Positions 36,865 through 46,688 of a stretch of 64,000 nucleotides of DNA are shown here, piece by piece. The stretch's first letter is position 1, and the number at the start of each line of letters is the position of its first letter. The translations under genes and the position numbers were made by a program. The stretch comes from an uncultured Hyphomicrobiaceae bacterium (GTDB lineage: Bacteria; Pseudomonadota; Alphaproteobacteria; Rhizobiales; CAMYJA01), in the NCBI GenBank assembly GCA_947258705.1, contig CAMYJA010000014.1, positions 272 through 64,271 on the forward strand, given 5' to 3'. The notes beneath the pieces are model-generated. The model was not told the DNA's origin. It did not search any database and worked only from the letters and a program-made list of their open reading frames with translations.

Positions 36865-38268
36865 ATGAGCAACAGAATCCAGGCCGTTCTCGGCGCCCTT
36901 GACGACGATCAGCCGCAAGCGCTGGAACGGCTTGTTGCCTTCCTCAAGATAAAAAGCATCTCGACGGACCCCGAATTCGCTTCCGATTGCCGCGCTGCCG
37001 CGGAATGGAGTGCGAAAACACTCAGCGATATCGGCTTTGAAGCCAGCGTTCGTAATACACCCGGGCACCCGATGGTGGTGGGGCATTACCAGCCCAAAGC
37101 GCCGACTACTGGTCCACATGTGCTTTTTTATGGCCATTACGATGTGCAGCCGCCCGATCCGATGGACCTCTGGGACACGCCTCCCTTTGAGCCCGAGATA
37201 AAAACCGACCCGAGATATGGCGAGGTCATTGTTGCGCGCGGGGCATCGGACGACAAGGGACAGCTTCTGACATTTCTCGAGGCCGCGCGCGCCTGGAAAT
37301 CCGTCTCGGGCGACCTGCCGCTCAAGATCAGCGTGTTGCTCGAGGGCGAGGAGGAATCCGGCAGCCCCTCCCTAGGTCCCTTTCTTGACGCCCACCGCGA
37401 CGAACTCAAGGCCGATCTCGCGCTTGTCTGCGACACGCCCCAGTGGGATGGGGATACGCCGGCGATTACCACCATGCTCCGCGGCCTGGCATTCAGCGAG
37501 ATCGTTGTCCAGGGTGCCAACCGGGATCTGCATTCCGGCATGTTCGGTGGTGTGGCTGTCAATTCGGCGCGCGTCCTGGCAACCGTCCTTTCTGCGCTCC
37601 ACAGCGACGAGGGACGGGTTCTCATTCCGGGATTTTATGACGATATCATTGAACCGGGTCAGGCCCAAAAAGAGCAATGGACCGGCATAGCGGACAGCGC
37701 CCGGTCAATGCTCGACGATATCGGTCTTACGCAATCGGCAGGGGAGACGGGGCGCGATATTCTTGAACAGCTCTGGTCACAGCCGACCGTTGAAATCAAC
37801 GGTCTCATCAGTGGCTATACGGGGCCCGGCGTCAAAACGGTGATACCGGCCACGGCATCCGCCAAAATATCCTTTCGCCTCGTGCCCGGCCAGGATCCCG
37901 AGAAAATTCTCAAGAATTTTGAGCAATTTGTCCGCTCTAAGCTTCCTGCAGATTGTTCGGTCGCGTTTAAAGGCAGCGGCGGCAGTCCTGCGATCGTGTT
38001 TGATCTCGGCACCAAACAGATGACAGCGGCTGCCCGTGCGCTTGAGGATGAATTCGGCAAGCGTCCCGTCATGATGGGCTGCGGGGGCAGTATTCCGATC
38101 GTGGAACAGTTTAAATCGGAACTCGGAATGGATACGCTGCTTGTGGGATTTGCGCTCGATGATGATCGCATTCATGCCCCGAATGAGAAATATAACCTGT
38201 CGAGCTTTAGGCATGGCGCGCGCGCCTGGGTTCGAATATTGGACGGGCTCGCCGGTGCGGGCGATTAA
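36865..38268 (+). CDS. M20-family metallopeptidase (dipeptidase-like)
   Basis: Motifs HVLFYGHYDVQPPDP and ARGASDDKGQ; 467 aa. Confidence 0.85.
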   Translation: MSNRIQAVLGALDDDQPQALERLVAFLKIKSISTDPEFASDCRAAAEWSAKTLSDIGFEASVRNTPGHPMVVGHYQPKAPTTGPHVLFYGHYDVQPPDPMDLWDTPPFEPEIKTDPRYGEVIVARGASDDKGQLLTFLEAARAWKSVSGDLPLKISVLLEGEEESGSPSLGPFLDAHRDELKADLALVCDTPQWDGDTPAITTMLRGLAFSEIVVQGANRDLHSGMFGGVAVNSARVLATVLSALHSDEGRVLIPGFYDDIIEPGQAQKEQWTGIADSARSMLDDIGLTQSAGETGRDILEQLWSQPTVEINGLISGYTGPGVKTVIPATASAKISFRLVPGQDPEKILKNFEQFVRSKLPADCSVAFKGSGGSPAIVFDLGTKQMTAAARALEDEFGKRPVMMGCGGSIPIVEQFKSELGMDTLLVGFALDDDRIHAPNEKYNLSSFRHGARAWVRILDGLAGAGD

Positions 38269-38280
38269 AAAGGTTGGTGT

Positions 38281-39012
38281 TTGATGTCTCAACGAAACGG
38301 TAATTCCGCGTTTTTTGCCTTTGGCATGTATGTGGCAGTCCTCGGGATTTTAGCAATCCTCGTCGTCTCCGGCCAAGCCGACGCCCGTTCGAGCCATCGT
38401 GCGGGACAGTTCGATTATTACGCGCTGGTGCTTTCCTGGTCGCCTTCATATTGCGCGGTCCGGAGACACGGGCGGCGCGACCCGCAATGCAATGGCGGTC
38501 GGCCTTATGCATTCGTCCTGCATGGGCTCTGGCCGCAATATGAGCGTGGCTGGCCGCAAAACTGCCGTATGAAAAACCGTCCATGGGTGCCGAAAAAGGT
38601 CATCTCGAATATGATCGATATCATGCCAAGCCCGTCTCTCATTATCCATGAATATCGTAAGCATGGGACCTGTGCGGGATTAAGCGCCAAGGCTTATTAT
38701 GAGGAGGCGCGACGCCTCTTCAACAAAATTGTCATTCCGGACCGCTATCGGCACCCGACAGTTTCCATACATGTCAGTCCCGGAGAGCTGGAGAAAGATT
38801 TTCTCAAGGCCAATCCGAAAATGGATGCGGATATGATATCGGTTTCCTGCAGCAAGCGAAGCCGTTTGCGGGAAATCAGAATCTGTTTCTCCAAAGAGGG
38901 CATTCTCAGACCCTGCGGCGTGAACGAAAGCCAGAAGCGGTTATGCCGCCTTCCGGAAATCGTGTTGCCGCCCGTCCGTGATATGCGCAAATACCCCCCT
39001 CGCCCGCTTTGA
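38281..39012 (+). CDS. ribonuclease T2 family protein (periplasmic/secreted)
   Basis: Signal/TM N-terminus, FDYYALVLSWSPSYC, and both catalytic motifs FVLHGLWPQ and HEYRKHGTC. Confidence 0.85.
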   Translation: MMSQRNGNSAFFAFGMYVAVLGILAILVVSGQADARSSHRAGQFDYYALVLSWSPSYCAVRRHGRRDPQCNGGRPYAFVLHGLWPQYERGWPQNCRMKNRPWVPKKVISNMIDIMPSPSLIIHEYRKHGTCAGLSAKAYYEEARRLFNKIVIPDRYRHPTVSIHVSPGELEKDFLKANPKMDADMISVSCSKRSRLREIRICFSKEGILRPCGVNESQKRLCRLPEIVLPPVRDMRKYPPRPL

Positions 39013-39168
39013 CAAATGTTCCATTTGTGCGCCTGCCTCTGGATAACCGGTGCATAACTTCCCATGATTTCGCCCAGCGCTGCCCTATCGCGGCAGTTGG
39101 CACTTGAGTACAGCATAAATCCCGCCCACACTCGGGGAAAGCGATTCGCCATAGTGGGGGGCGGGGCT

Positions 39169-39753
39169 ATGAATAAAGCTTCATTTGACGATAATAACTG
39201 GGCTCAAATCGTAGAGCAGCTCGAACGCGCCAACGCGGCCCGGCGGGCGCCGGAGCGATCGGCGCAGGGTACGCAAGAACCGCTTGACGCGCATGAGAAC
39301 ACGAGCGAGACGGCGGCTCAATCAAGGGGCGAGCGGATAACGGGCCTGGTACTGGACGAGGCCGATTTCACGGATGATTTTCCGACCGGCTTTCTCGGTG
39401 ATGACACCGAACAATCCGTGGCTCCATCGAGCGGCATTCGCAGTCATTTGACCTGGGGCCTCGGTGGTTTTTTTATGGGTGTCGTCTGCTGGTATTTCAT
39501 CGGTTTTTGGGGCTTTATCGGCGACGTCGTCTTCCCCAACCCGGAGCATGTGACAATCGTCGAACGCAATGTTGAAGCTGATGAAAAGCCTCGTGTTTTG
39601 TCCTATGTGAAAAAGCGCATGTCTCAGCAATCCGCTGAATCTTCACGCTATTGCACGGCCTTTCACCGTGATCCGGAAACCGGTCTTGCCGTTTCATCGA
39701 AATGTCAGACGATTGTCCGCGCCCTCGGCGTTCAGAAAAACACCGATCGCTAG
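39169..39753 (+). CDS. hypothetical single-pass membrane protein
   Basis: Acidic N-terminal half and one TM helix (WGLGGFFMGVVCWYFIGFWGFIGDVVF). Start at ATG 39169 is uncertain; the track start is 39064. Confidence 0.45.
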   Translation: MNKASFDDNNWAQIVEQLERANAARRAPERSAQGTQEPLDAHENTSETAAQSRGERITGLVLDEADFTDDFPTGFLGDDTEQSVAPSSGIRSHLTWGLGGFFMGVVCWYFIGFWGFIGDVVFPNPEHVTIVERNVEADEKPRVLSYVKKRMSQQSAESSRYCTAFHRDPETGLAVSSKCQTIVRALGVQKNTDR

Positions 39754-39966
39754 CGTTCCGCTGGATAGGCATCAATTCCACAAATACAACCTATAGTTGT
39801 TACTTGATATAAGATGGCAACCATAAGTAAGTTTCTGTCTGTAACGTAACGTCTACCAGCAGTTGTAACAATTGACTCTTTTCAGGCCAAATATAAACCT
39901 TGGATTAACTTATAGGTAGCATAGTCCCTATTCAGAACAAGTTTTAGTTGATTGTTGTAATGTGCG

Positions 39967-40533
39967 ATGTGGGAAGTTGTAATGTCATTTAAGTTTTTTC
40001 AAATTATCCGGGGTTGGGCAGGGGTTTTGCGAGGCGGAAAACGCAATATCCGATCTGGTGCGACAGCAGAAACAGTTTCCACCGAATGTGAACGCTCCCA
40101 TACTGAGCCTTCTTTTACCGGATCCATTTTATCGACCCGCTCAAAACAATCTCCTCTCCGGGAGAGGACGACACCTGAAATCAGGGCGCAACGGCCCCGG
40201 CTTCGCAATGAACGTATCGTCATTGCATCCAGGCGCAAATCGTCTGCAGGCAATCATGTTTCCAACAGACCTGTTTCGACCAAAGGTCCGGTGGCGCCAA
40301 AACGCGTTACCCGCCAAATCGTCTGGCTCGATAAAAGACCGCGATGGAAGGCTCCGCAGGAGATTCCAGGCAAATTTGCTCACTGCACACATGACAGAGA
40401 CAAAACCGTCATACCGAACGTAATTGATGTCCCAAGCAAAACCAGCGACGTCAGCGCGCTCATATTCTCTAACATAGAAACGATCTACGGCCCGGAGTCT
40501 GCCGCGCCGGTGCGTGCAACCGAAGCAGCGTGA
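39967..40533 (+). CDS. orphan basic ORF in low-GC islet (doubtful gene)
   Basis: The longest ORF in a low-GC stretch of about 800 bp. Arg/Lys/Ser/Thr-rich with no recognisable motif. Competing ORFs exist in other frames. Confidence 0.3.
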   Translation: MWEVVMSFKFFQIIRGWAGVLRGGKRNIRSGATAETVSTECERSHTEPSFTGSILSTRSKQSPLRERTTPEIRAQRPRLRNERIVIASRRKSSAGNHVSNRPVSTKGPVAPKRVTRQIVWLDKRPRWKAPQEIPGKFAHCTHDRDKTVIPNVIDVPSKTSDVSALIFSNIETIYGPESAAPVRATEAA

Positions 40534-40560
40534 GAATGAAAACGGCGAATTGACGCTCCC

Positions 40561-41195
40561 CTAAAAGCGGTATGTCAGACCGGCTCTGACGAGATGGATG
40601 TCGGGATCGAAATTATTGGTCACGCCTCCTGCGGTAATAGTTGCGTCTTCAAGATCCGTATAGGTGTAATCGAAACGCAGCGACCAATCCGGGTTGAAAC
40701 GAAACTCGGCTCCGCCTCCCACCTGGTATCCCGAAAAACTTTCCGACACATCGAAATTAGTTGCCCCGCGGGCCTTGAGGTCGATATCGGCCCAGGCATA
40801 GCCGCCAGTTGCATAGATCAACAGCGCAGGTCCGATGAGATCAGAAAATTTCCAAATTGCCAGTCATGTCCGGCATAGAGACTGAGGAAAACGCCATCGT
40901 TGTCGATATTGAAATTGCCGCTACCGCCGGAAACCGCCGTTTCGCCGAAGCCGTAGCCTATTGACGCGCCCAGGGAAAAACCGGACCAGTCCTGATCATT
41001 GTCGCCAAACCGGTCGAAATCGAAATATGGCGACCGTGCCTCGGGCTCGGGCTCGGGCAATCCAGCCCCGTGCGCCTGGTTTGCACCAACAAGTATTATG
41101 GCCGCTATTAGCGCCATTCGCGCCGACCGGGCAGGCCATTCTGAATTCAGTTTTCCTTTGGTAGCGCCAATGCCAGCGCCAATCGATCCCGTCAT
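40561..41195 (-). pseudogene. outer-membrane beta-barrel protein (Omp25/Omp31-like), reading frame broken once
   Basis: The N-terminal part (ATG 41195 after GGAGG, signal ALIAAIILVGANQAHG, ...GHDWQFGNF) ends at the stop at 40818. The -1 frame continues SDLIGPALLIYATGGYAW...VRAGLTYRF with a terminal Phe. The span is 635 nt, not a multiple of 3. Confidence 0.8.
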
Positions 41196-41442
41196 TATTC
41201 TACTCCTCCATGGCGCCGGTTCGACGCCAGAATCAAATGTGCGTTTTTGGGAAACCGACAAGGACCGGCATAACAGATCCCTTGCCGCGCACGAGGTGGA
41301 GCAGCCCCTCATTACGTCAGGAGAAAAATTAGACAATGACTGGGGCGAGACTTGGAGGGCGCCATCACATTGTTTGTCGTACTGTTACAAGCAGTGAAAG
41401 CGATGCCTTGCAACATTACCGACCTGGACTTCACGCCTCTAT

Positions 41443-42186
41443 TCAGTGCTTGCGCCAGGACGGGGAGGTCGTGCCGACGATACCGACACCTTCCGAAGTC
41501 TCCAGGAATTTAATGTCCATCGGGCTGATGCTCCATGCGCCGGCAAGGCGGTGAACATGGTCCTCGCTTGGATAGACAAGACGTTGCAGGGCGCTGTCGC
41601 GATCCTGCAGTTTGGCGGTCTGTGGTTCGAGCGGGCGCAGCCCGAGCGCGCGCTCTTCCTTGGTCGCGCGTCCCCTGTTCCAAATGATACCTTCATCCCC
41701 CCATGCGAAGGCTCGTCCAATCTTGCCGTTTTTAAGACGTGCCCAGGCGAAAAAACCCAGCTCTTCGTCAGCAAAGAAATATTGCACCTCTGAGAATTTG
41801 CTGCCGAGATTTGTCAGTATGGGTGTGCAACTGTCGGATTGATTGGCGCCTGCCGGGAACGGGATCGCACTTCCCACGATAAACGTCCAGTCGTCGAGTG
41901 GCGGTGTCACGAACACCTTGTTCGCTCCCTTATGGGGATCCTGAGCAACGGCCAGGCCCGACCACCAATTGGCGGTCTCGCGCTTGCGCAGACCTATGGC
42001 ATTGGCGACTTTCCGAGTGTTTCGTGTCTTGATGGCGATCCAGCCTGTATTTTTCCCAAACGACAGGGGCAGATCGGGTGTCTGCTTGAGCTCATGTCCC
42101 AGGCGGTCATGCCGGTAGCGGGAACGTAGGATGCGGAGGATCACATAGAGTGCAAACCCGAGCAATATTATCTGATAAACTGTCAA
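41443..42186 (-). CDS. hypothetical N-terminally anchored protein
   Basis: 247-aa ORF with an N-terminal TM helix (VYQIILLGFALYVILRIL). No motif recognised. Confidence 0.55.
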   Translation of the reverse strand: MTVYQIILLGFALYVILRILRSRYRHDRLGHELKQTPDLPLSFGKNTGWIAIKTRNTRKVANAIGLRKRETANWWSGLAVAQDPHKGANKVFVTPPLDDWTFIVGSAIPFPAGANQSDSCTPILTNLGSKFSEVQYFFADEELGFFAWARLKNGKIGRAFAWGDEGIIWNRGRATKEERALGLRPLEPQTAKLQDRDSALQRLVYPSEDHVHRLAGAWSISPMDIKFLETSEGVGIVGTTSPSWRKH

Positions 42187-42376
42187 CTGATACCGTCTGC
42201 TTTGTGCTTGTTCTTTTCAGGCCGCGCCTTGCGGTTCATCCCATGCAGGAAAATTTGAAGTTTTATATGACCAGACCGTACGACATTGGGTGAAAGCAAT
42301 AATATTTTTTTACCCCTTTGCTCCAGTATGATCATATTCCATCCACCGTTCTTTTCTGAATCAGACAAATCTGGAG

Positions 42377-43234
42377 ATGTTCATGCCCGTATACGGATCC
42401 GTACCGGAAATTCCAATGACCCGCCACAGCCGGAACACGGGTATGGCCGACGATGTCGATTTCGAGATCAAGGGCGCCGAGATGCAATTTGTCGAAGTTG
42501 AACTCGATCCCGGCGAAAGTGCGATCGCGGAAGCCGGGTCAATGATGTTCAAGGATGGCAGCGTCACCATGGACACCGTTTTTGGAGATGGCTCGGAAAA
42601 AGCCAGGGACAGCGGCATTTTTGGCAAGCTGGCCGGTGCCGGGAAGCGCCTCATTACCGGCGAAAGCCTGTTCACGACCGTCTTCACCCATGCCGGCAGC
42701 GATAAGGCGCGGGTCGGATTTGCGGCACCCTATCCAGGTCATATACTGGCGATCAAACTGTCGGATATCGGCGGTACGATCATATGTCAGAAGGATTCCT
42801 TTCTGTGTGCCGCGCGCGGGGTTTCGCTCGGCATTTTCTTTCAGCGCAAGATCCTTACCGGATTGTTCGGAGGCGAAGGTTTTATCATGCAGACGCTGGA
42901 GGGCAATGGTTGGGTTTTCATCCATGGCGGCGGCACGATTCTCGAGCGTGAGTTGCGCGCGGGCGAAGAACTTCATGTCGATACGGGATGCCTAGCGGCA
43001 ATGTCGCCCGAAGTCGATTTCGATATTGAGCGCGCCGGCTCGGTAAAGTCGATTATTTTTGGCGGCGAAGGATTGTTTTTCGCCCGGCTCAAGGGGCCTG
43101 GAAAAGTCTGGCTGCAAAGCCTGCCCTTCTCGCGTCTGGCCGGACGAATGATCGCCTCCGCCGGACCGTCCGGCAAGGATGTGGGCGAAGGGTCGCTGCT
43201 GGGCGGCATCGGCGACCTACTGGACGGCGACTAG
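42377..43234 (+). CDS. AIM24/DUF124 (TIGR00266) family protein
   Basis: MQFVEVELDPGESAIAEAGSMMF and the overall pattern fit this family. The start may be at 42416 or 42443. Confidence 0.75.
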   Translation: MFMPVYGSVPEIPMTRHSRNTGMADDVDFEIKGAEMQFVEVELDPGESAIAEAGSMMFKDGSVTMDTVFGDGSEKARDSGIFGKLAGAGKRLITGESLFTTVFTHAGSDKARVGFAAPYPGHILAIKLSDIGGTIICQKDSFLCAARGVSLGIFFQRKILTGLFGGEGFIMQTLEGNGWVFIHGGGTILERELRAGEELHVDTGCLAAMSPEVDFDIERAGSVKSIIFGGEGLFFARLKGPGKVWLQSLPFSRLAGRMIASAGPSGKDVGEGSLLGGIGDLLDGD

Positions 43235-43361
43235 ACCGGAATACTTGTTTCGGCTGTACCAATAAAAAACGGGACCGCGTTGGCGGCCCCGTTCTTCTTT
43301 TCGGTTAGTCCTGATGCCGATCGGGGGATCAGATCAGATTACCATATCCAGGACCCAGGTC

Positions 43362-44180
43362 CTAGAATGATGCCGACAAGGTTGCTACGACACGCTCGTC
43401 ACACTGGAATACAACTGCGTTGCTGCAGCCAGCCAGATCTTCCGTGCCCCAGTAGCGAACGTCCAGCGAAAACTTCTCATGGAAGCCCAGCGAAATACCG
43501 GCGTTATAGTACCAGTAGTCGAATCCGCCATCCGCCTCGTCGCCTTCCTGGTAGCCGACCGTGCCACTGATCGCCGGAGAAAAGATCGCCATCTTGGGAA
43601 GAGAGTATTCGGCCGTGCCTTCGATAACCCAGTTCTCGCCGATTTCACCGGTATATTCCGGTGAATAGAATACGGTCAGGCCGGCAGTAAGGCTCTGTGC
43701 AACCTCGGCGCTGGCGCCGAGCTTGATTTCCCAGTAGTCGAGTTCCGCGCCTGGATCGAAGGCGTTGGGGTAGACGTAGTAAATTACGCCAAGATCCACC
43801 TCAACAGGCGTATTTGGCACATTCGCCTTTACGCCTCCATAAAAATCGACTTCGATATTGGCTACGTCAACATTCTGGCCCGCTGCATTGACGGCGCCGC
43901 CAAAATCAAGATTTGAAGCCCAGACACCTGCATAGAACATGCCGCATCCGACATCGAAGCCACCCTGGATGGCTGCGTTTTCGTCAGTCTGCGAAAAACC
44001 GCGGAAAACATAATCCGTTGTCATTGCCACATTTGCCGACAGCGAGCAGCGGCGCGCCGGGGGCTCTGCATCTTTCATGCTGGGTTCGTAAAGTGCTCCT
44101 GCGCTGGCAGGTGTGCTGAGAATCAGAGTCACGGCTGCGGCAAGGCCGGCAAACCTGGCTCCTGGTATTAATCCCCTCAT
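43362..44180 (-). CDS. TorF-family (TIGR02001) putative outer-membrane porin
   Basis: Signal peptide, TTDYVFRGFSQTDENAAIQGGFD, GVWASNLDF and EVDFYGG, with a terminal Phe. Confidence 0.75.
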   Translation of the reverse strand: MRGLIPGARFAGLAAAVTLILSTPASAGALYEPSMKDAEPPARRCSLSANVAMTTDYVFRGFSQTDENAAIQGGFDVGCGMFYAGVWASNLDFGGAVNAAGQNVDVANIEVDFYGGVKANVPNTPVEVDLGVIYYVYPNAFDPGAELDYWEIKLGASAEVAQSLTAGLTVFYSPEYTGEIGENWVIEGTAEYSLPKMAIFSPAISGTVGYQEGDEADGGFDYWYYNAGISLGFHEKFSLDVRYWGTEDLAGCSNAVVFQCDERVVATLSASF

Positions 44181-44821
44181 AATCTTAATCTCCTAGTATC
44201 ATTTCGAGTAATTCCAGAGAAACCGTCGGAAACATGGTCGATCTGAAATACGCCCTTGGTTTGTATTAACGAGTTATCTGGAACGGTTCGTTACCTTCCG
44301 GTGACAGGCACCTATGAACCGCTCAGAATGATTAACGTAATTCGATGGATAACTGCTTCATACAACTCTTGGCAATCATATTCGTACTTGGGAATACCAG
44401 CAGTGAACAGGGTGTTACAAAAATGCCATAGTTGCTTGATTCCAAGGCTGATATTTGTCCGTTTGAGCAGACTCACATGCTGTTTGCCTTGTTTTTAATC
44501 AATGATTTTTAATTTTTTCTTTACCGGTCAATGACGCTGGAAAGCCCATCGCTTAATCGAAGCGTTTGTTATTCGTTTTGTCTGGCCGGACTTTGACCTT
44601 GTCGTAAAACGCCCGCCATTGCCGGAAACATTGGGTGAGGGTCTTTTTCACAGGCATAAGGGTCCTATATAGAGTTCAGGCAAAGGCTGAAACGCAGTGG
44701 GCGTTATGGCCGGGTGCTGCATGTTTTTTATCAGGTTTTCTCAAGCGCAATTCACGCGCTTGCGCGTACGTGCAAATCGCGTTCATACAAATGACGACTA
44801 TCAGGAGTGTGCGGAAGTTTA

Positions 44822-45814
44822 ATGGCTTATCTTGAACTTGCTCTTGGCATCATTGCGCTTGTCGTCTGTGGCGATCTGCTGGTGCGTGGCGCCGTGGCGC
44901 TTGCCTCCCGGCTTGAAATACCCATTATGGTCATCGGCCTGACCATTGTGGCGTTCGGGACTTCGGCACCCGAACTTGTGGTTTCGCTGCGCGCGGTTCT
45001 GACGGGTTCGCCCGGTATTGCGATCGGCAATGTGGTCGGCAGCAATATCGCCAACGTTCTTCTCGTGCTCGGGCTCCCTGCGTTGATTGCATCGACGAAC
45101 ACGAACCAGCCCCTGATTAAACGAAATACCATATTCGTTCTTTTCGCCTCCCTGCTTTTCATCGCACTATGTTTCTACCAGCCATTATCATTTCCGCATG
45201 GCGCAATATTATTCGCCTTCATGCTGCTGTTTCTCATCGCCGCCGGCCGGCGCGCCGCGATACGCCAGGAGGAAGCCGAAGTACTCAGCGAGGATGTTCT
45301 GGAAATCATCGAAGGCGGTCAATGCGTGCCCGAGAAAACCTATCTCATGGGCGTTTTTCTCGTTCTGGGGCTCATCGGGTTGCCGCTTGGTGCGCATCTC
45401 ACGGTTAGCGGAGCGAGCACGCTGGCGCAGACTTTCGGCGTTTCGGACGCGGTCATCGGCCTGACGATCGTGGCCCTGGGCACGTCCCTGCCCGAACTCG
45501 CCACCACCATGTCGGCAGCCGTGCGCGGTCATTGCGGCCTGGCGCTCGGCAATGTGCTCGGATCGAACCTCTTCAACTTGTTGGCGATAATGGGCCTGAC
45601 CGCCATGGTGGCGCCCGTCCCCGTGCCGGACGTTTTCCTCAGACTGGACCTTTGGGTCATGCTGGGCGCAAGTCTCGCTCTCGCTCCCTTCGTGCTCCGC
45701 GGCATTCATTTGACTCGCGGCCCCGGTATCGTTTTCGTATTGAGTTATGCCGCCTATATCTATTATGCCTTCATTCCACGCATGGCGGATGCGACAGCAC
45801 TTGCGAATATGTAA
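44822..45814 (+). CDS. Ca2+/Na+ antiporter (CaCA family, YrbG-like)
   Basis: Two alpha-repeat motifs (GTSAPELVVS and GTSLPELATT) and about 10 TM helices. Confidence 0.85.
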   Translation: MAYLELALGIIALVVCGDLLVRGAVALASRLEIPIMVIGLTIVAFGTSAPELVVSLRAVLTGSPGIAIGNVVGSNIANVLLVLGLPALIASTNTNQPLIKRNTIFVLFASLLFIALCFYQPLSFPHGAILFAFMLLFLIAAGRRAAIRQEEAEVLSEDVLEIIEGGQCVPEKTYLMGVFLVLGLIGLPLGAHLTVSGASTLAQTFGVSDAVIGLTIVALGTSLPELATTMSAAVRGHCGLALGNVLGSNLFNLLAIMGLTAMVAPVPVPDVFLRLDLWVMLGASLALAPFVLRGIHLTRGPGIVFVLSYAAYIYYAFIPRMADATALANM

Positions 45815-45849
45815 TGTGGGACAGATGTTTTTTCGGAGAAACGGTTTAA

Positions 45850-46623
45850 ATGAAACAGGGCTCGATCGATCCCGGCGTGGTGCTGATCACCGGCGCTGCG
45901 CACCGTATTGGCCGGGTGCTCGCCCATGACATGGGGCGGCGCGGCTGGAAAGTCGTGGTGCACTATCTCTCCTCCGCCGATGGCGCGAATAAACTGGTTG
46001 ACGAAATTGTCCAGTCCGGCGGTGCTGCCCGGGCTCTGCAGGCGGATTTGCAAAATATGGAAGACCTCGACCGGCTCATGGCGGAAAGCGTCTCGGCTTT
46101 CGGACCGGTTGACTGTCTCATAAACAATGCGTCTCTTTTCGAAGACGACGAAATCGCGACGCTCGACATCAATTCCTGGAGCTCGCATATCGATACGAAT
46201 CTCAGGGCGCCGGTGTTCCTGTCCCACAGCTTCGCGGCCCAGCTGCCAGACGGAAAGCCTGGAAATATTATCAATATTATCGATCAGCGGGTGCGCCGGC
46301 TGACACCCTTGTTTTTCTCTTATACGATTTCGAAAACCGCACTATGGACGGCAACGCAGACCCTGGCGCAGGCGCTTGCGCCTCAAATCCGCGTCAATGG
46401 AATTGGACCGGGTCCGACCATCAAAAGCATCCATCAAACCGAGGAGCAGTTCGAGCGGCAATGCGCGTCGACGCTGCTCGGGCGCGGAACGTCGGGTGAG
46501 GAAATTGCAGATGCGGTTCAATACATTCTTGACGCCCCGGCAATGACCGGGCAAATGATCGCGTTGGATGGTGGACAACATCTCGCGTGGCAAACCCCGG
46601 ATGTAATCAACGTTGAAGGCTAG
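45850..46623 (+). CDS. short-chain dehydrogenase/reductase (pteridine-reductase-like by context)
   Basis: ITGAAHRIG cofactor motif and YTISK catalytic motif. It lies immediately upstream of a dihydroneopterin aldolase gene. Confidence 0.8.
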   Translation: MKQGSIDPGVVLITGAAHRIGRVLAHDMGRRGWKVVVHYLSSADGANKLVDEIVQSGGAARALQADLQNMEDLDRLMAESVSAFGPVDCLINNASLFEDDEIATLDINSWSSHIDTNLRAPVFLSHSFAAQLPDGKPGNIINIIDQRVRRLTPLFFSYTISKTALWTATQTLAQALAPQIRVNGIGPGPTIKSIHQTEEQFERQCASTLLGRGTSGEEIADAVQYILDAPAMTGQMIALDGGQHLAWQTPDVINVEG

Positions 46624-46688
46624 AGTTCCTGTTTCGAGCGCAATGCGACTAAAGTCTCAGGGCAAGGCCAAGCGTAAAGGTGTGGCTA

